DNA of 64,000 nucleotides from Bilabrum cf. latius (lineage: Eukaryota). The notes beneath the pieces are model-generated. The model saw only the letters and a list, made by a program, of their open reading frames with translations. It did not search any database and was not told the origin of the DNA. Made by a program: the position numbers and the translations under genes. Positions 11,575 to 26,147 of the stretch are shown piece after piece. The stretch covers positions 372,001 to 436,000 of the forward strand of contig OZ237753.1 of assembly GCA_965178125.1 (NCBI GenBank). Direction: 5' to 3'. Within the stretch, counting starts at the first letter, position 1, and every line of letters begins with the position of its first letter.

Positions 11575-14500
11575 GTTTGAACGGCATTATACATAGCAAG
11601 TGTGCCATTTTGCTTTCTTGAGGGGCGGCTTGCAGCAGCTGTGCGAAGATTTCACGGCTATAGACTGCAGAACATTATTTCGATTTCCGATTCGACCGCT
11701 AGGTCGAAAGCATGTCATTCTTGTCCATCTGGCTGGTATGCACAATTGTTCTAGCATTTGCGTCAGACATGAATACTTAGGGACTGCGACGAAGGCTGCA
11801 AACGTCGGCGTCCAGCAGCCCTACGCCCAGCACTTCCCCTTCGGGCTCTCCCGCAGCACCTAGCTTGGTGAGGAGCGCTGTCAAGATTGCGCACGGAGTG
11901 GGTGGCGCTGGAGCTCCATCTCTATAGAATTCGGACATTTTCGGGGAGTCTGCTGCATCCATTTCAGACGTGGACGGTGACGGGGTTCCTGATGTGGCAG
12001 TTGGAGCGTTCTTTGCGGATGACGGGGCGACTGATTCTGGCTCGCTGTGGGTGCTGCTGATGAACAGCGATGGCACGGTCAGGGCCTCGCAGGAGATCTC
12101 GAGTACTTAGGGCGGGGCCAGCTACACGGCGTCAGCATCCGGCTTCTTAGGCTACAGCGTGTCCCACCTGGTGCAGTCCTGGGCCGAGAGCGAGCACCCT
12201 GGGCTGACCAGGCTCGTAGCTGGCGAGCCGGGTCACAGCGGTGGCGGGCGCGTGCTTGTGTTCCAGTTGAATCCAGATGCCACCGTGAACAGCACGCGGG
12301 TGATCGGCAATGGGGTGGGCGGTCTGCCGTCTGGCACCACGTCGAGCGGCGACGAGTTCGGGAGTGGGGTGTCCGGCCTCGTGGGCGACGTTGACAGCGA
12401 CAACTACAACGATGTGCTGGTGGTGGCTCGGTCCGCAGACTCAGGCGAAACCGACCTGGGTTCTCTGTTTGTGCTGTACATGAATGGAGACGACACCGTA
12501 CGAGCCGTATCCAGGATCAGCCAGGCTACTGGGGAGGGGCTGGACGTGCTGTCTCCGTCCCGGCAGCACCCGAGAGCCGTGACCGTGATACCTCCTCGCA
12601 CGGTTGATGCAGTATCTGACGTAGTCATTGGGTTTCCTACTCTTCAGATCGCCGCGCTTTTCTCGCTCGAGCCCAACGGTGGGGTGGACAGCACAGTGCA
12701 CGTAATTGGGGATGGGCTGGGCGGCATGCCCAGCGCCTCGATCGCGAGTGGGTCTGCATTCGGATACTCCATTGGCTCGATCGGCGACGCTGACGGTGAC
12801 GACGTCTTTGATATCGCAATTGGAGCACCGGCGGACACCACCGGTGGCATTGACAGCGGCGCCGTGTACATCCTGTACATGGCTGAGCACAACGCTACCG
12901 ATCCAGTGCGTGACTTCACCAAGCTCACTAGGCTGACAACGGGTCTGACTGGGATAATCCAGGCAGGAGGGCACATGAGGCCTGCCACAAACCATGCAGA
13001 TATTGATGGAGATGGGCGCATAGATCTTGTGCTGGGTATTCCCTTGGATGACACGGGTGGGACTGATCGCGGGGCAGCTGTAGTGGTTTTCATTGGGGGC
13101 TCCGTTGCTAGTTCTAGCCCGACACCGTCCGTGACACCATCCATCTCGCTGACACCATCCGCTACACCAGCTGCTATTGGGGCATTCGTGTCCGGAACGG
13201 CGATCGCGAACGGTGTAGGTGGTCTGTCTAGCGGTGCCGTAGGTACTGGGGGCGAGCTAGGCCGGTCAATGGCACCGCTGGGAGACATCGACGGAAACGG
13301 CTACGATGACGTGGCAGCGAGCGCCAATCTTGACGACAAGGTGTTTGTCTTTCTGCTTAACGAGGCAGGGACCGCTGAGAGCTTCACGCTGATCACGGAG
13401 GGCTAGGGTGGGTTCTCTGGTCAATCCATCGGATCGGATTATGCCACTGGAATCGGAAGCCTGTGGCAAGGACAGCCAGATGGTGATGACCCGAGCGCTA
13501 CTCGCTTGCTTGTGTCGGACCATTTCGGGGACGCTCCGGGTGGAGTGGGCATCGACGTGCTTCGGCTGAATGCGCAGGGGCGAGTGTCTTCTCACATTCG
13601 CTGGCGTAACGGCGTGAATGGTATCCCTTCGGGCTTGTGGGATTCGAATGACGAGGTCGGAAGGTATGTCGATGGTACTGATGACCTAGATGATGACGGA
13701 CTGTTCGATGCAGTCGTGGGCGCAAGGGGGGACGACGACGCTGGCAATAATGAGGGCGCAATCTACGTGCTGCTCTTGAACGGGGACGACACGGTGAAGG
13801 ACTACTTGAAGATTTCGGGCGCCAGTGGGCTCACTGGATTGGCGGCTGGTGTGTCAGACATGGGCTACGGTGGATCCAGCATGCCTTCGCTGGATTACGG
13901 CGGCACTGTGGACCTACTGGTTGGAGCAGCAAGATCAGGTATGGGCGGGAGCGAGCGAGGCGCTCTTGTGATACCTCGCCTCGGTATGCATGCGGATGGC
14001 ACCGTGTACGTGCGGACCCACGCTGTTCTGGCCAACGGACTTGGTGGAATCGGTGTCAGCGAGTTCAGTGACGGCAGCGCGTTCGGGCTCTCGGCAGGAT
14101 ACCTCGGGGAAATCAAGCAGGATGGGTACCCGTACATTGCAGTGGGATGCACTTGCTCAGGAGGCCAGCTGGTACTGATCGGGCTCGACCGTGCGACACT
14201 ATCCGCAGTGTCGCTCACCAGGCTGAGTCGCTCGACAGACTCGGTGCTTAGCGGACTGATGACTACATCGGCTGGTTTTGGGATTGGTATCGGAGTCCTT
14301 GGCAACGATACGTCCGTGCCAGCTGGCAGCTTGCGCATTGCTGTGAGCGCACCTACGGCTCCGATCGAGTCTGCAGGAACCGGCGCGGTGTATATTCTGG
14401 AGCTGCGCGTGGACCATCGGCTGTTTGCCAGCCCGAGTGTGTCGCCTAGTACGTCACCTACCCCAAGCGTGACCTCGAGTGTCACCCCGAGCACGACGCC

Positions 14501-17500
14501 GACACCCAGCATCACGCCAAGCATCACGCCTAGTGCGACGCCATCTGTTACGCCATCATCTTCACCCACCCCCAGCATCACTCCAAGCGTCACACCCACC
14601 GCCACTCCTTCGCCGAGTCCTGCCGCGGCCGGTGAGATAGTGCGTGTGACGGAGGTCGGTAGTGGGCTGAGTGGCTTTCCCTCCGGCCTCGTGGGATCAG
14701 GAGATGATCTGGGCTCTCGTCTGCAGGGCATCGGGGATCTGGACGGGGATAATACGCCTGACCTTGCGGTTGCCGCCCCAAACGATGACGACGGTGCCAC
14801 GAATGCTGGGGCCGTTTACGTGGTGTTCCTGCAGTCGGACAGCAGCGTGAAGCGCGTGCAGAAGATCTCGTCGCTGGCCGGCGGGTTGAACGAGACTTTG
14901 GCCTCAAGTGGGGAATTCGGAGGGTCGGTGGGCACCCTGATATAGCCCAATGGAGATGATCCCCACTTGCTCCGGCTGCTGGTGGGACAGCCGAGAGTTA
15001 CCAGCGGGACTGCATCGGAAGCTGGCCGACTGTGGGTGCTCCGGCTGTGGCCCGATGGCACCGTGGCACATGCGCAGCCTATCGATGGCCTGTAGGGCGG
15101 GCTGGAGCATACGGACTTCCACGACAATGATGATAAGACGTTCGGTCTCTCCTCTGCATGCGATATTGGAGACCTGGATGGGGACTAGCTGAATGACGTC
15201 GCAGTTGGCGCGCCTAACGCCAGAGGAGCTGGTAGTGACGATGGAGCTGTATATATACTCTTTATGCGCGCCAACGACACAACGAAAGGGTACTCTAAGA
15301 TATCAAGAGCTAGCACGGATGGGTTGAGCGCCCTAGGATCGAGCTATGCCGGTATTGGACGAAGCCTGACTGCAATGCCGGTATTTGATCCGAACAGCAC
15401 AGCGATTGTGCAGCTGGCAATTGGAGATATAGTTGCAGAGCGTGTCGTTTTGGTGAGCATTGGCGAAGGTGGGGCCGTGACTCCGGGAAGTGATTTAGTG
15501 AGGATAGGCCGCGGAGCGGGGGGCTTGTCTACAGGCGACGTGTCATCCTCTTCGCAGTTTGGCTCTGACGTGGAATACCTGGGTACAATAGGCGAATCTG
15601 GTCAGCATCTCCTGGCTGTCGGTGCGAGTGAGGACGACTCGGGCGATAACACCAACGGAGGCGCCATCTTCCTGGTTTTCTTGGATCCGGATGCAACTGA
15701 TCCGCTTTAGCCTGCCGTGGGCGTGGTGGAGATCAACATTGCCCATCCGCTTATTGATCCTCTCACTGGTGGTGGTGAGCAGCTGCAGTCGATTGCGCTG
15801 CTGGGCGATGTGGATGGTGACGGGCGCAATGACCTGGCGCTGGGCATGCCTAGAGAAACGGTGGAGTCCTCTGGAGATGGGGCGTTCCTGATCGCGATCA
15901 TGGGAGGGTCGGTGCCTAGCCCAAGCCCGTCTCCTTCACCTACTTCGTCCGTCACCCCAACTTCCTCACCGAGCAGCAGTCCGTCGGTCAGCAACACCCC
16001 GTCAGCCTCGCCGTCGTTTGGCAGCAGCCCGAGCCCCAGCATATCGCCTAGTCCGGGACCAGTGGAGGCGGTTTTTGAGGCGACTATTCAGAGCACTTTT
16101 GGGAATGGCTCAATTGCTGCACGACCAGCTTCCATGCCCACCGAGGGATACGTAGAATCGATGACCGTGGCTCAGTTGGGTGGTGGCCGCAAGATCATGG
16201 TAGTGGCCGCGCAGGGTGACCTCGATGCTCGTCGCATGCTGGCGCGACGCGGCTCCGCTGGCCAAAGCAGCCGTAGAGAGCTGCAGTAGACCTAGAATCA
16301 GGCGGTATTTGCTACGCAGCTCAACCCGATCACGCAAGTGCCTCTTGGACCTACCTCATCGATGCTGCCAGGCTCGGCTGGAGGCCTCAGCGCGGGCGCA
16401 CTCGATGGCATGGACGAGATTTCTCCCCTCCTTAGCCTGTGGGCTTCTCAGTCTTCGAGTGGGAACTGCACCACGATTGCAATTGGTCTGCCGTCTGCTG
16501 AATCGAATGGGACCAGGGTGGGAGCTGTCCAAATGCTTCGGCTGTGTGAGTTGTCCGTTGGAGGGCTTGTGCAGGTCTAGCTCGAATCAAGGCTGCAAGG
16601 CCTAGACCTGCAGCAAGCTGGGGTTCAGCCAGCACCCGACAGTCAATTTGGCGCGAGCCTCGCATTTTTCGAGGAGTCTTCGCTTCTGTACGCCGGAGCC
16701 CCTGCCTCTGGTGCGATCGTGGCGTTCTCGATGGACGAATCCTCGCTGGCCGTCGATTCGTCCAGCGTGGTGGTGCAAGTGGCCCCGACTCAGTTCGGAC
16801 TGCCATCCATTGGTTTCAGGCTGTCTGCTTCGATCGGACGCGTTGGGTCAAGCAACCTGCCGATGCTGGCGCATTCCTATCTGGTGCCAACGGGTGATGG
16901 TGGCTTCGAGACCCGCATCGGGCTTGCAGTGCTGGATGCGAATGGCACGAGGGTGGTGGCTTCCTCCAATTACTCTGTACCAGAAGCAGCACCAACCACA
17001 ACCAACCTTCTCAATGAGCCGGAGCAGTGCGCAGCGGCGATTCTGCTTGCAGATTTGAGCGGTGATGGCGCATCCGAGCTGGTGATGGGATGCCCCGGGG
17101 AGGCCGTCGTGGTCCTTGGCTTGGACCAGAGTGGCACGTCGTTCCAGTCGGAGAACGTTCTTCTCCGACCATCGGGCAACGATACTGAGGCTACAAGCGG
17201 CTTTGGGCGGTCTTTTGCTCTGAGCGGGCCCAATACGCTGGCCATCGGTATCCCGAATGCAGGCGAGGTACTCACGGTGAGTCTACAGACGGAGCTCGTC
17301 CCTGCCACGGAGCCGCCCTAGGTCGATGCCCAGATTGACATCAGCCATCTCGCGATCGACTACTGCAGTGAGAGGTTTGCAGCCACAGCTGCATCGACAG
17401 TCATCATCTCGGGCGCCAGCGGCTTTGGTCTCCTATACGAATGGGCCGTGGTTGTGCCAGCAGACTCTCAAAGTGCTGGCAGTATCACTTTCCGCAGCGC

Positions 17501-20500
17501 GCTTGAAACGCTGAATGAGAGGCTTCGTGCGCTGTCCACAGATCGTGTTTTTGCACGACGCAGTGAGATCGAGTTTGTGATGGTTGATGCAGCCGAATCG
17601 GCTGGTCTGAACTCCCGCACGCTGCCCAATCAGCCGTTGTATCTTCCAAGGGCTGGTCTCGGTGATACCATTAGCGTCAGCTTGCTCGTCAGGGCCAGGG
17701 ACGCCACTGTTCCTCTGTCAAATGCGGAGCTGGCATTAGCTGCACAGTCCAATGACGTAGCGTCTGCTGAAGTGCTCCTGATTGGGTCGCCTCGCGCTCG
17801 GCTTCTTCCGCTGGAGACCTACACTGTCGTTGGCCCTAGGACGACGGCACTTTCCCTTGGGCCGCAGGTGCAGCTCTGTGGCAGCGCCGTGGCGGCTGAT
17901 GCTGCTCGACTGGGCTTTGAATGGCAGGTTGTCGCCTCTGTTGCAGATGCAACTCTCAGTGAGTCACCTGCATTCGCTGTGGATGCGGCGGGAGGTGCAC
18001 TGCTGCCTGCAGATGCGATTGGCACAAACCGGACCGTGCTGGATCGCGTCACCGATGCTTAGACAGTCGGGATCATCGGCTCGCAACCTACCAGATCAGG
18101 CCTTGATGGTGGCCCGTTTGTGGCCTTCGATGTTGAACTCGGACAGCAGGCTGTGATCAATGGGGTCCTTGGCGGCAGTGGCGATGCTATGACTCACTCT
18201 CTTGATGGTGTTGAGTGGTTTGACGCGTTGTCCTACACTTCGACATCGCAGGGCAGGCCCGTGCTCGATGTGCCGGGCGGGGCGCTGCGATCTGGACACG
18301 CTTACGTCCTGGCCGTCCGAGCCGTGGTGCTGATTCAAGGAAACGGAGCTGATGGAGCACTGGTGCCACTGTCAGGTGCTGCCCTGCAGCTCACGTCGAG
18401 CTGGAGCCTGATTGGCGTCGGGATCAGGCGCAATCAGCTGCAGCTGCAGATTGAGGGCGGAGACAGAACTGTGTCGTAGGATCTAGGCTTCACCATCGGT
18501 GTTGGGGCGGGCCGCGGGGCACAGGCAGGCTTTGATCCCGATTTCGACTCGGGCGGGTCTTTCCCGGACCCTGGGTATGAGCCCGGTCGGGACCGTCCAG
18601 CGGCGTTGTTCACGTGGGACTGTACTGCCACGCCATTTGGATCGGATAGCAGCTCGCCATGTCTTGATCTGGTGCCTGGTGCAGGCAGCCTGACTTCCGA
18701 GTCAACTGTGACGATCAGTCCGAAGGACGCCGCTCCGTATGGCGGGAACGTGCTGAGACTGCTGGTGAATGTGACTGCCGGGCTCTCCATGGGCAGCGCG
18801 CGCCTGCTGTCTCGAAGCATGCAGGTGCTGACCACGCCAGACCCAGCCACGAGTCGAGAGGGCACCGTGACTGCACTGGTTCGAGTGGCACCAGCAGGAG
18901 TGCCCGCGCTGGAGATCACCACGGGCCGGACTCGATTCAGCCGCCTGTCGTCCAGTGGCGGGCAGGTCATTTTCTCGTCTTCGCAACGGCTGGTGCTGGA
19001 TGCCGTGATCAATTACGTGACTCCGGAGGAGGCGACCACGTCGTTGGCGGAGGAAGGCCTTGCTGTGTCCTGGGAGCAGGTGGAGGGACCTGCGGTACCC
19101 GGGGTGCCCAGTCAGGGACAGGTGGACCCACAACTGGGCGAATCGGCGGTGGTCACGTCGGTCGATGCTCGCAGTCTGGTCCTTCAGCAAGGCGTGCTGG
19201 AGCCAGGGACAGAGTACCGCTTCCAAGCGGTCGTCTCATTACTGGGCCAGCCTCTTTCTCCGCTGACTACCTCAAGTGCAGAAGTGGCCGTGCTGATAAA
19301 CCGACCCCCTGTGCCTGGCAGTGTCTCGGTGCAGCTGAGTCCTGATGCTGAGCCAGCATTGCCTCCCAGCTCTGGCCGCTGGGCAGGTTTGCCGCGCGCG
19401 CTAGTAGACACGCTGTCCATCGAGACAACTGGCTGGTCTGACGATCCAGACGATCTTCCGCTGCAGTATTCATTCTTTGTAGACCCGTCTGGAGCTGTGT
19501 AGCCATTTGCGAGTGCGCCCACACCGTCTGAGGTCCAGGCGACACTGACTGCACCGAGTGTGTTAGCTCTACGGGGAGACGCACTCAGCTCTTCGTTCGA
19601 CGCCGTATTGCCAGCGGGTAACACTAGCTCCGGTGAAGCGGTCAACATGTCGTTGATTATCGTTGCCACAGATCTGGCTGGTGGTCAGGGTGTCGTGGTG
19701 AAGGACCTGCGTGTCGCTCCGGCGCTGGACAGCAGCCAGGCTCAGAATGCCTCGATCGTGGCGGCAGCAGCAGCCGCCCAACTGGAGGTTGCAGCTGCAG
19801 CGGCAGCATCGTCCGATCCTGCTGCCGCCTTGCTGCTCGCTGGGGCCACAACCAGTCTGTTGGCTGAGTTGCCGGCTGGGAGCATGTCCAACGCTACTGA
19901 TGGTCCAGGGAACGATGTTCGAACACAGGTGCTGGACTTGCTTGCGTTCCTTGCGGCGAATGCAGAACCAACATCAGCAAACATGCAGCTACTGGCAGAG
20001 GGCGCTTCAGCGGCGCTCGCAGATCCAAGCTAGGTCTCATCCGGACAGCTGGACGCTGCCCTCTCTGCAGTAACGAGTGTCCTAGAGAACCGCTTGCGGG
20101 CTGGCAACGACCTCGGTCCGCTGGAAAATGGCCCGTCTTCTTCGATTCTGGAGACGATGCGCGCGACTTCAGATGCTGGACAGGCACTGGTGACACCGAC
20201 GGGAATCCGAGGTGGGAGCACTGTGGCGAGGCAATCTAACCTGCTCGGCCGGACTATGCTCGCAGGGACGATTCCAGGAGAGGGCCAGCGGGAGCTGCAA
20301 GCAGGAGGGGGCTCTGGTGGATTCCAGCTGACCATGGCAGTGGGTCGCTTGAACATTCTGGACGCTGGGGGCGATCCAAGCGGAAGCTCTCGGCGTGTGC
20401 AAGAAGGTGGCGATGCTGTTGTCCTTGGTCTGATTGCAGCTGGCGACTCAGATCCTGAGGAGATGGCAGCAATCGCGAGACGGTACTGCAGCGGCACCGC

Positions 20501-23500
20501 GAGCGATTTTGTGGCGGGAGAGGCCGGTGACTCACTCGGGGCGGAAGGAGGTGCGTTCGGAGTGGCGCTGGTAGACGCCGCCGCCAGGATCCGCCGACGT
20601 GCGCTGCAGACGGGAAACAACGACCTGCTGCAGGGCGTGGATGCGACGGCCATGGAGTGGGGAGGGGGCGCCGACACAGTGGCTTCTCCCTTCTCAACTG
20701 ATTCGGCTGGTCTTGGAGATGCGCTGGGAATCCCAATCGGGGAATTGAATACAACCCAAGGCGCCTTTACAACTCCAGGCCAGAACAGCCTGGTCGAGTC
20801 GAATCGCACAGTCGAGAGCACCACTGAGTCTTTGAGCGCAGAGCAAGGCTCCACTGTGAGCGTGGATCTGACGTCATCTGTGAGCGGCAGCCCGGTAGCA
20901 TTCGAGGCCCAGGACCTGGAGGCATGTGTGTTCGTGCCCAAGCCAGCAAACCCGCCAGTGCCGGAGGAGTACAGGAACTAGTCCGTACCAATTGCCACTC
21001 TCTCAGGCGATGGACCATCCGGTGTGCCGCAGCCCAACAGCACGGCAGATCTCTCGTCTCTGGATGTGCCTCAGACGTGCGACGAGATCCGGGCAGTGAA
21101 CATGTCCGAGCCTCCAAAGAAGCAAGTCTTTGAGTCGGAGTCAGTATCGCAGGTGGCTGCGTGCATTTACTGGAATGAGGTGGAGGAGCGTTGGCAGGGT
21201 GACGGCTGCCAGGCGGTGGCCTTCCTGCCCACAGGGACCGTCTGCAGGTGCAACCACCTGACGGACTTCGCCTCTCGCGTGGAGCTGCTGTTAGCCTCGA
21301 ACCGGGAGGTCTTCTCTGTGGGCACGAGGCCCATCACAACCGCTGACGTGCTGGCCAATCCTGAGACTTTCATTGCTATCGGAGCCATCTCGTTGGCCAT
21401 ACTGATATCCGCGGCTGGCACGCTGTGCATCGAGGAGCGCGACAGGGTGCGGTTTGCCAGGCGGCTGGTCAAGGATCCAGAGATCGCTGTGATGCGCGAC
21501 ATGGCTCGACTGGAGGGTGCAAACGAGCTGCTTGGCACTACACTGAGGGATCACCGGGATGCTCTGAAGGATGATTCGGTTCCTGTGGATGCGAAGGACA
21601 AGTCGCAGGCCTAGCTAGAGACTGCAGTGCAGGCCTCGCTGCAAGCACTGCAGTTCATTGCATACCCACAGCTGGGACCCGTCGCAGGCGATGCCTTGGT
21701 TGCGCCAGTCCCAAAGAAAGGCTCCAAGGCGTCCAAGACGAAAGGTAAGGGGAAGTTAGGCACGATGGCTCCGCTGCCCAAGTTCGAAGAGAAGCTGGCT
21801 ACCACCCGTGCCTTCCTACGCATCGAGATTGAAGCCCGAGCGGCCGAGCTGGCAGAGAGGCGAGTCAGGGATCATCCGTGCCGGTGCTGCTTTGATCTGT
21901 GCTGCAACGCGTCAGATCTATTGAGACAGTCGAAGAAGGGCGGTACATCGAGCGGGGGTGGGAGCATGTGTAGCTACTGCTGCAACATTTCGTCTTCCAG
22001 TGAGATGTTTGCAATCAGCAACGAGCTTAGGCGGGCCTTCCGCGGGATTGGCGGAGATGAAGACACTGCCGAGTCGAACGGAGCGTCCAAGAAGAAGGTT
22101 GCACGGCGCCGCCGAAGTTCCATGGCCTCAGCAGAGGAGCTTCTGTATCGCAGCCGTGCCAATTCTACCAGTTCGATCGGAAGAAACCGAAACAAGGCTC
22201 GTCGGAACTCGCTTGCAGCAGCCAAACCCGATCCTTCGCATTCGCACAACGCTGATGGATCGACTCGAGCAGTAGCATCCAAAATACCAGCATCACACAC
22301 GGTGGAATTGAGCTACATGGACCCCTGCTACCGCGGCTGGGTGCTTCGGATGGACGTGCTGCGGCTGTGGCTCGCCAAGCTCCCCTTCGAGCATGAGCTG
22401 TGCCAGGCATTCTGCCGCTTCAACTACCAGCAGGACCGCATCATGCGGCTAGGCCAGCTCATGGCCGTGCTATTCGCAGGCATGTTTGCAACTGCCTTCT
22501 TCTACAGCGTATCGGGAGCAGATGCGGCTGGAATCGACGAGGACTGCGACGGCGAGGACGATTTTGCGAATGTCCCTCGCTGGCAGCAGCTGGTGTTCTC
22601 GGTTCTTGCATCGATCGTGCAGGCACCGGTCAGCATGACACTCACGATTTTGTTCGACGATGCCGGCGAAGCTTGCTTCTTGGCTCGGTATTTCCCGATT
22701 TGGCGCGAGCTGGAGATCCGCCATGCTGCTGAGGTGCGGCTGGGCAAGAAGGTGGGCGAGCTGCGACGCAAGCTGCAGGTCCTTCAGGCTTCACTGGCCA
22801 ACTGGCTGGAGACCACGGAAGATGATGTGACTAGCGATGACGTGGACTAGCTCCGATTTGTTGGTGAGCTCCTTGGCGACGAGAAATCCGAGGTGCTTGT
22901 ATAGTAGGTGCTTGAAGGCAGGCGAGAGCGAGGGCGGGAGCAGCTGGCCAGTGCGCAGCGAGAGCTATTGTCCATGGGCAGCTCCAATGCTTGGTCTAGG
23001 CAGGACGACTCGCGGATCAGCCGAGATGTAGGTATCACCGGCAAGGCAGGCGCTGCATCGTCGTCAAAGCGCCATCAGCTTGCACGTGCACCGAGCGCTA
23101 GCATCGTGCAGGCTCGCGCGCACGCCACTGCTCTCCGCTTGCAAGTCATCCGAGCGGTCCGCGACCTCGGCGACTTCATGGCGCACCTGAGTCGCTCGGA
23201 GATCAGCTACATGGGGTACACCTGGTCATGGAGGTGCTTCGACCTGTGCTGCTGTTCCGGCATGGAAGATCGACTAGCCGTTGGGCACGACCACCAGCGG
23301 CGCGTTGCTGCTCTCTGCGCGCACTTGCTCTTGGCCTTGGACCACGCGGGCGAAACGGAGCAAGAAATGCAAGAGAAACGCCAGGTCGCAAATCGTGCCC
23401 TCACTGCACTGCAAAACCATCCGAAGGGACCAGCCACCGCAGATATGCTCCAGCCAGTCGTGGAGCTGCCTGCACTGTTCAACCCCGTGGCTCTCGGCTG

Positions 23501-26147
23501 GCGCGCGCCTCCTACCCTGTGCCGCCGGCACTGCAGCTGCCTAGTGCGGTGTTGCAACCGCGACGATGACCAGCAGCCGCTCTTCCTGGTACAGCAGATG
23601 GCAGCCGATGGCCGGCCTTACGGGTGCTGCCACGCCCGGCAAGATTCCCCAGATGATCCCACGGATGACTGGGAGGACGAACTAAACGAGGATGAAAAGG
23701 AGCATGGCAGGATTGAAGTCACCAACGATGGATCTTCCACCATTGCTACCGGTTCAGAGTCAGGAGTCAACCCCGATGGACCCGATGGACCCGATGCGCC
23801 TGCGCCTGTGCCTCCCCCAACTGTCGCTAGTCCTTCCACAGTGCTTGTGGGAGGTGCGCTTCGGCATTCTCTCGAACAGGAGATGTACTGCCAAATGTGC
23901 GACTGTTGCGAGTTTGACCTGCTGGATCCGTTCCGATGCGTGTGTTCCGTTGTCCGGCCGGCGATGCGCGGCACGATGGATCTTCACGACGATCAAGTAG
24001 CCTCCAGAGCGGCCGAGCTAATGTTTGCACTGAAGATTACAGACTCGCCTGAGCACTCCGTGTCAGCTCGAGCAGCCGAGGCTTCTGCAGCTACTGGTGC
24101 CGAGACCAACCTGCCCACGAGCCCGGACAGACGCGAGACTCCAGCTGAGCACGAGCCCATGGATGATGTTGGTGTTCAAGTTGACGAGGTCGACATCGGA
24201 CACGTGACCGAGGCATCCAGGGCATCGACGCAGGGTGTCGATCAAGATGACTCCGCACGTCAGGTATCCGGTGGCACAGTTGATTCATCTCCCGCACTGG
24301 ATGAGAGGCTCAGCGCGATGATCCCAGGCTTCGATGCGGACTCGCCTGAGCACTCCATGTCGGCTCGAGCAGCCGAGGCTTCTGCAGCTACTGGTGCCGA
24401 GACCAACCTGCCCACGAGCCCGGACAGACTCGAGACTCCAGCTGAGCACGAGCCCATGGATGATGTTGGTGTTCAAGTTGACGAGGTCGACATCGGACAC
24501 GTGACCGAGGCATCCAGGGCATCGGTGCAGGGTGTCGATCAAGATGACTCCGCGCGTCAGGTATCCGGTGGCACAGTTGATTCGTCTCCCGCACTGGATG
24601 AGAGGCTCAGCGCGATGATCCCAGGCTTCGATGCGGACTCGCCTGAGCACTCCATGTCGGCTCGAGCAGCCGAGGCTTCTGCAGCTACTGGTGCCGAGAC
24701 CAACCTGCCCACGAGCCCGGACAGACTCGAGACTCCAGCTGAGCACGAGCCCATGGATGATCTTGGCATTCACCTTGACGAGATATACATCGGACACGTG
24801 ACCGAGGCATCCAGGCCATCGATGCAGGGTGTCGATCAAGATGACTCCGCGCGTCAGGTATCCGGTGACACAGTTGATTCGTCTCCCGCACTGGATGAGA
24901 GGCTCAGCGCGATGATCCCAGGCTTCGATGCCATGCCAGTGGCGGAGAAGAATGACTACAGGCAGGCATACTCCTTGCTGTAGCGAGGCACGCAGCGTGC
25001 GCGGTCCGGTTCGCAGGCCAGTCGGCGTGCGAGTCAACCGCTGGGACGTTTAGCCACGTCGCACGGTCCATCGTTGCGAGACTTGCTGAGGGAGACCATA
25101 GCAGACGAGGGGATGCAAGCCGCGGTGCGGGGCACGATTCTGCAGGAAGAGGGATCTTGGAGCGATGCAGTAACGCAGTCCTTAATTTCGTTCGCCTTGC
25201 TTGCTCTCGCGCTTGCCTTCATCCTGTGGTTCATCCTCGCCTTTGGACTAACCAGAGGAAGGGAGGTCATCTCGTCGTTCATGGTGACCTTCTGGGTATC
25301 GCAGGCCATCACATTCTTCGTGAACCAGCCGCTTGTGATGCTCGGCCTGCTGATCTGGGCCGTGACGTTTGCACCTCTGGTGGAGCGGTACTTCGGCTGG
25401 ATCCCTTGGTGCGGCACAGTAGATGAGTCGGCCATCTTGAAAGAGAAGCAGGTGCTGGCTGGCCGCATGCAGCACGTGGCCATGCTGCACGCGATCGGAG
25501 CAACTGCTGGCTTTGGTGCTGGGGACAGTCTCCTGGTGTTCTCCATGTCATCTGCACTCACGGCAGCCCTGGTGAAGCAGTTCGACCGACCGGAGGGTCG
25601 GGTGGATCTAGATGGCGAGCAGCGTGACGGCACGAGCGGGTCGATGAGGCGTGGGTCGAATTCCATGACCGGAGGCAGCAGCACTTCGGTCGCTGCGTCG
25701 AAAACTGTGCTGAATGATGATGTCGAAGGCCTTAAGGCGGTCGATGAAGACGACCCCGAGGCTGTGGAGCAGGCCCGCAAGAAGCGCGAGAAGAAGCAGC
25801 GGGAGGCGTTCAGGACCATGGAGTACCGGCTGCATGACATCTTGCTGCGGGAGTTTGCCAGGCTGCGGTTCAAGCTTGCTGTGGACGGCATCTAGAGCGC
25901 CATTGATGGCATTGTGGAGACTGTGGCTGATGCCGAGCGGGCCCTCGCTGCCCTGGAGGCGGAGCGTGTGGAGAGTACTGCGGGTGACTCCGAGTTGGGA
26001 GGCGCCGGAGACCTGATGGTTCGTGCGAGTCGATTGTCCGCGATGAAGGCTCGGGCGCGCATGGTGAAGCGCGTGCTCGCGGATGTGGTGCGCACCCAAA
26101 GGGGCAGGCTGCGTCCGGAAGTGCAGGGGGCGCTGGACGATATCGCT
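11575..26147 (+). repeat. Left arm of a large inverted segmental duplication (partner 29272..50659)
   Basis: Near-identical ORF pairs on opposite strands (e.g. 21627..22850+ vs 31960..33183-; 25074..25895+ vs 29524..30345-). Similarity extends about 135 bp upstream of both ATGs and stops after GACGATATCGCT. Confidence 0.95.

Noticed and set aside
12000-26000. Tiny introns removing each TAG
   Set aside because: Sequence around the TAGs aligns without gaps to paralogous modules that have CAG/CAA, and consistent splice signals are lacking.
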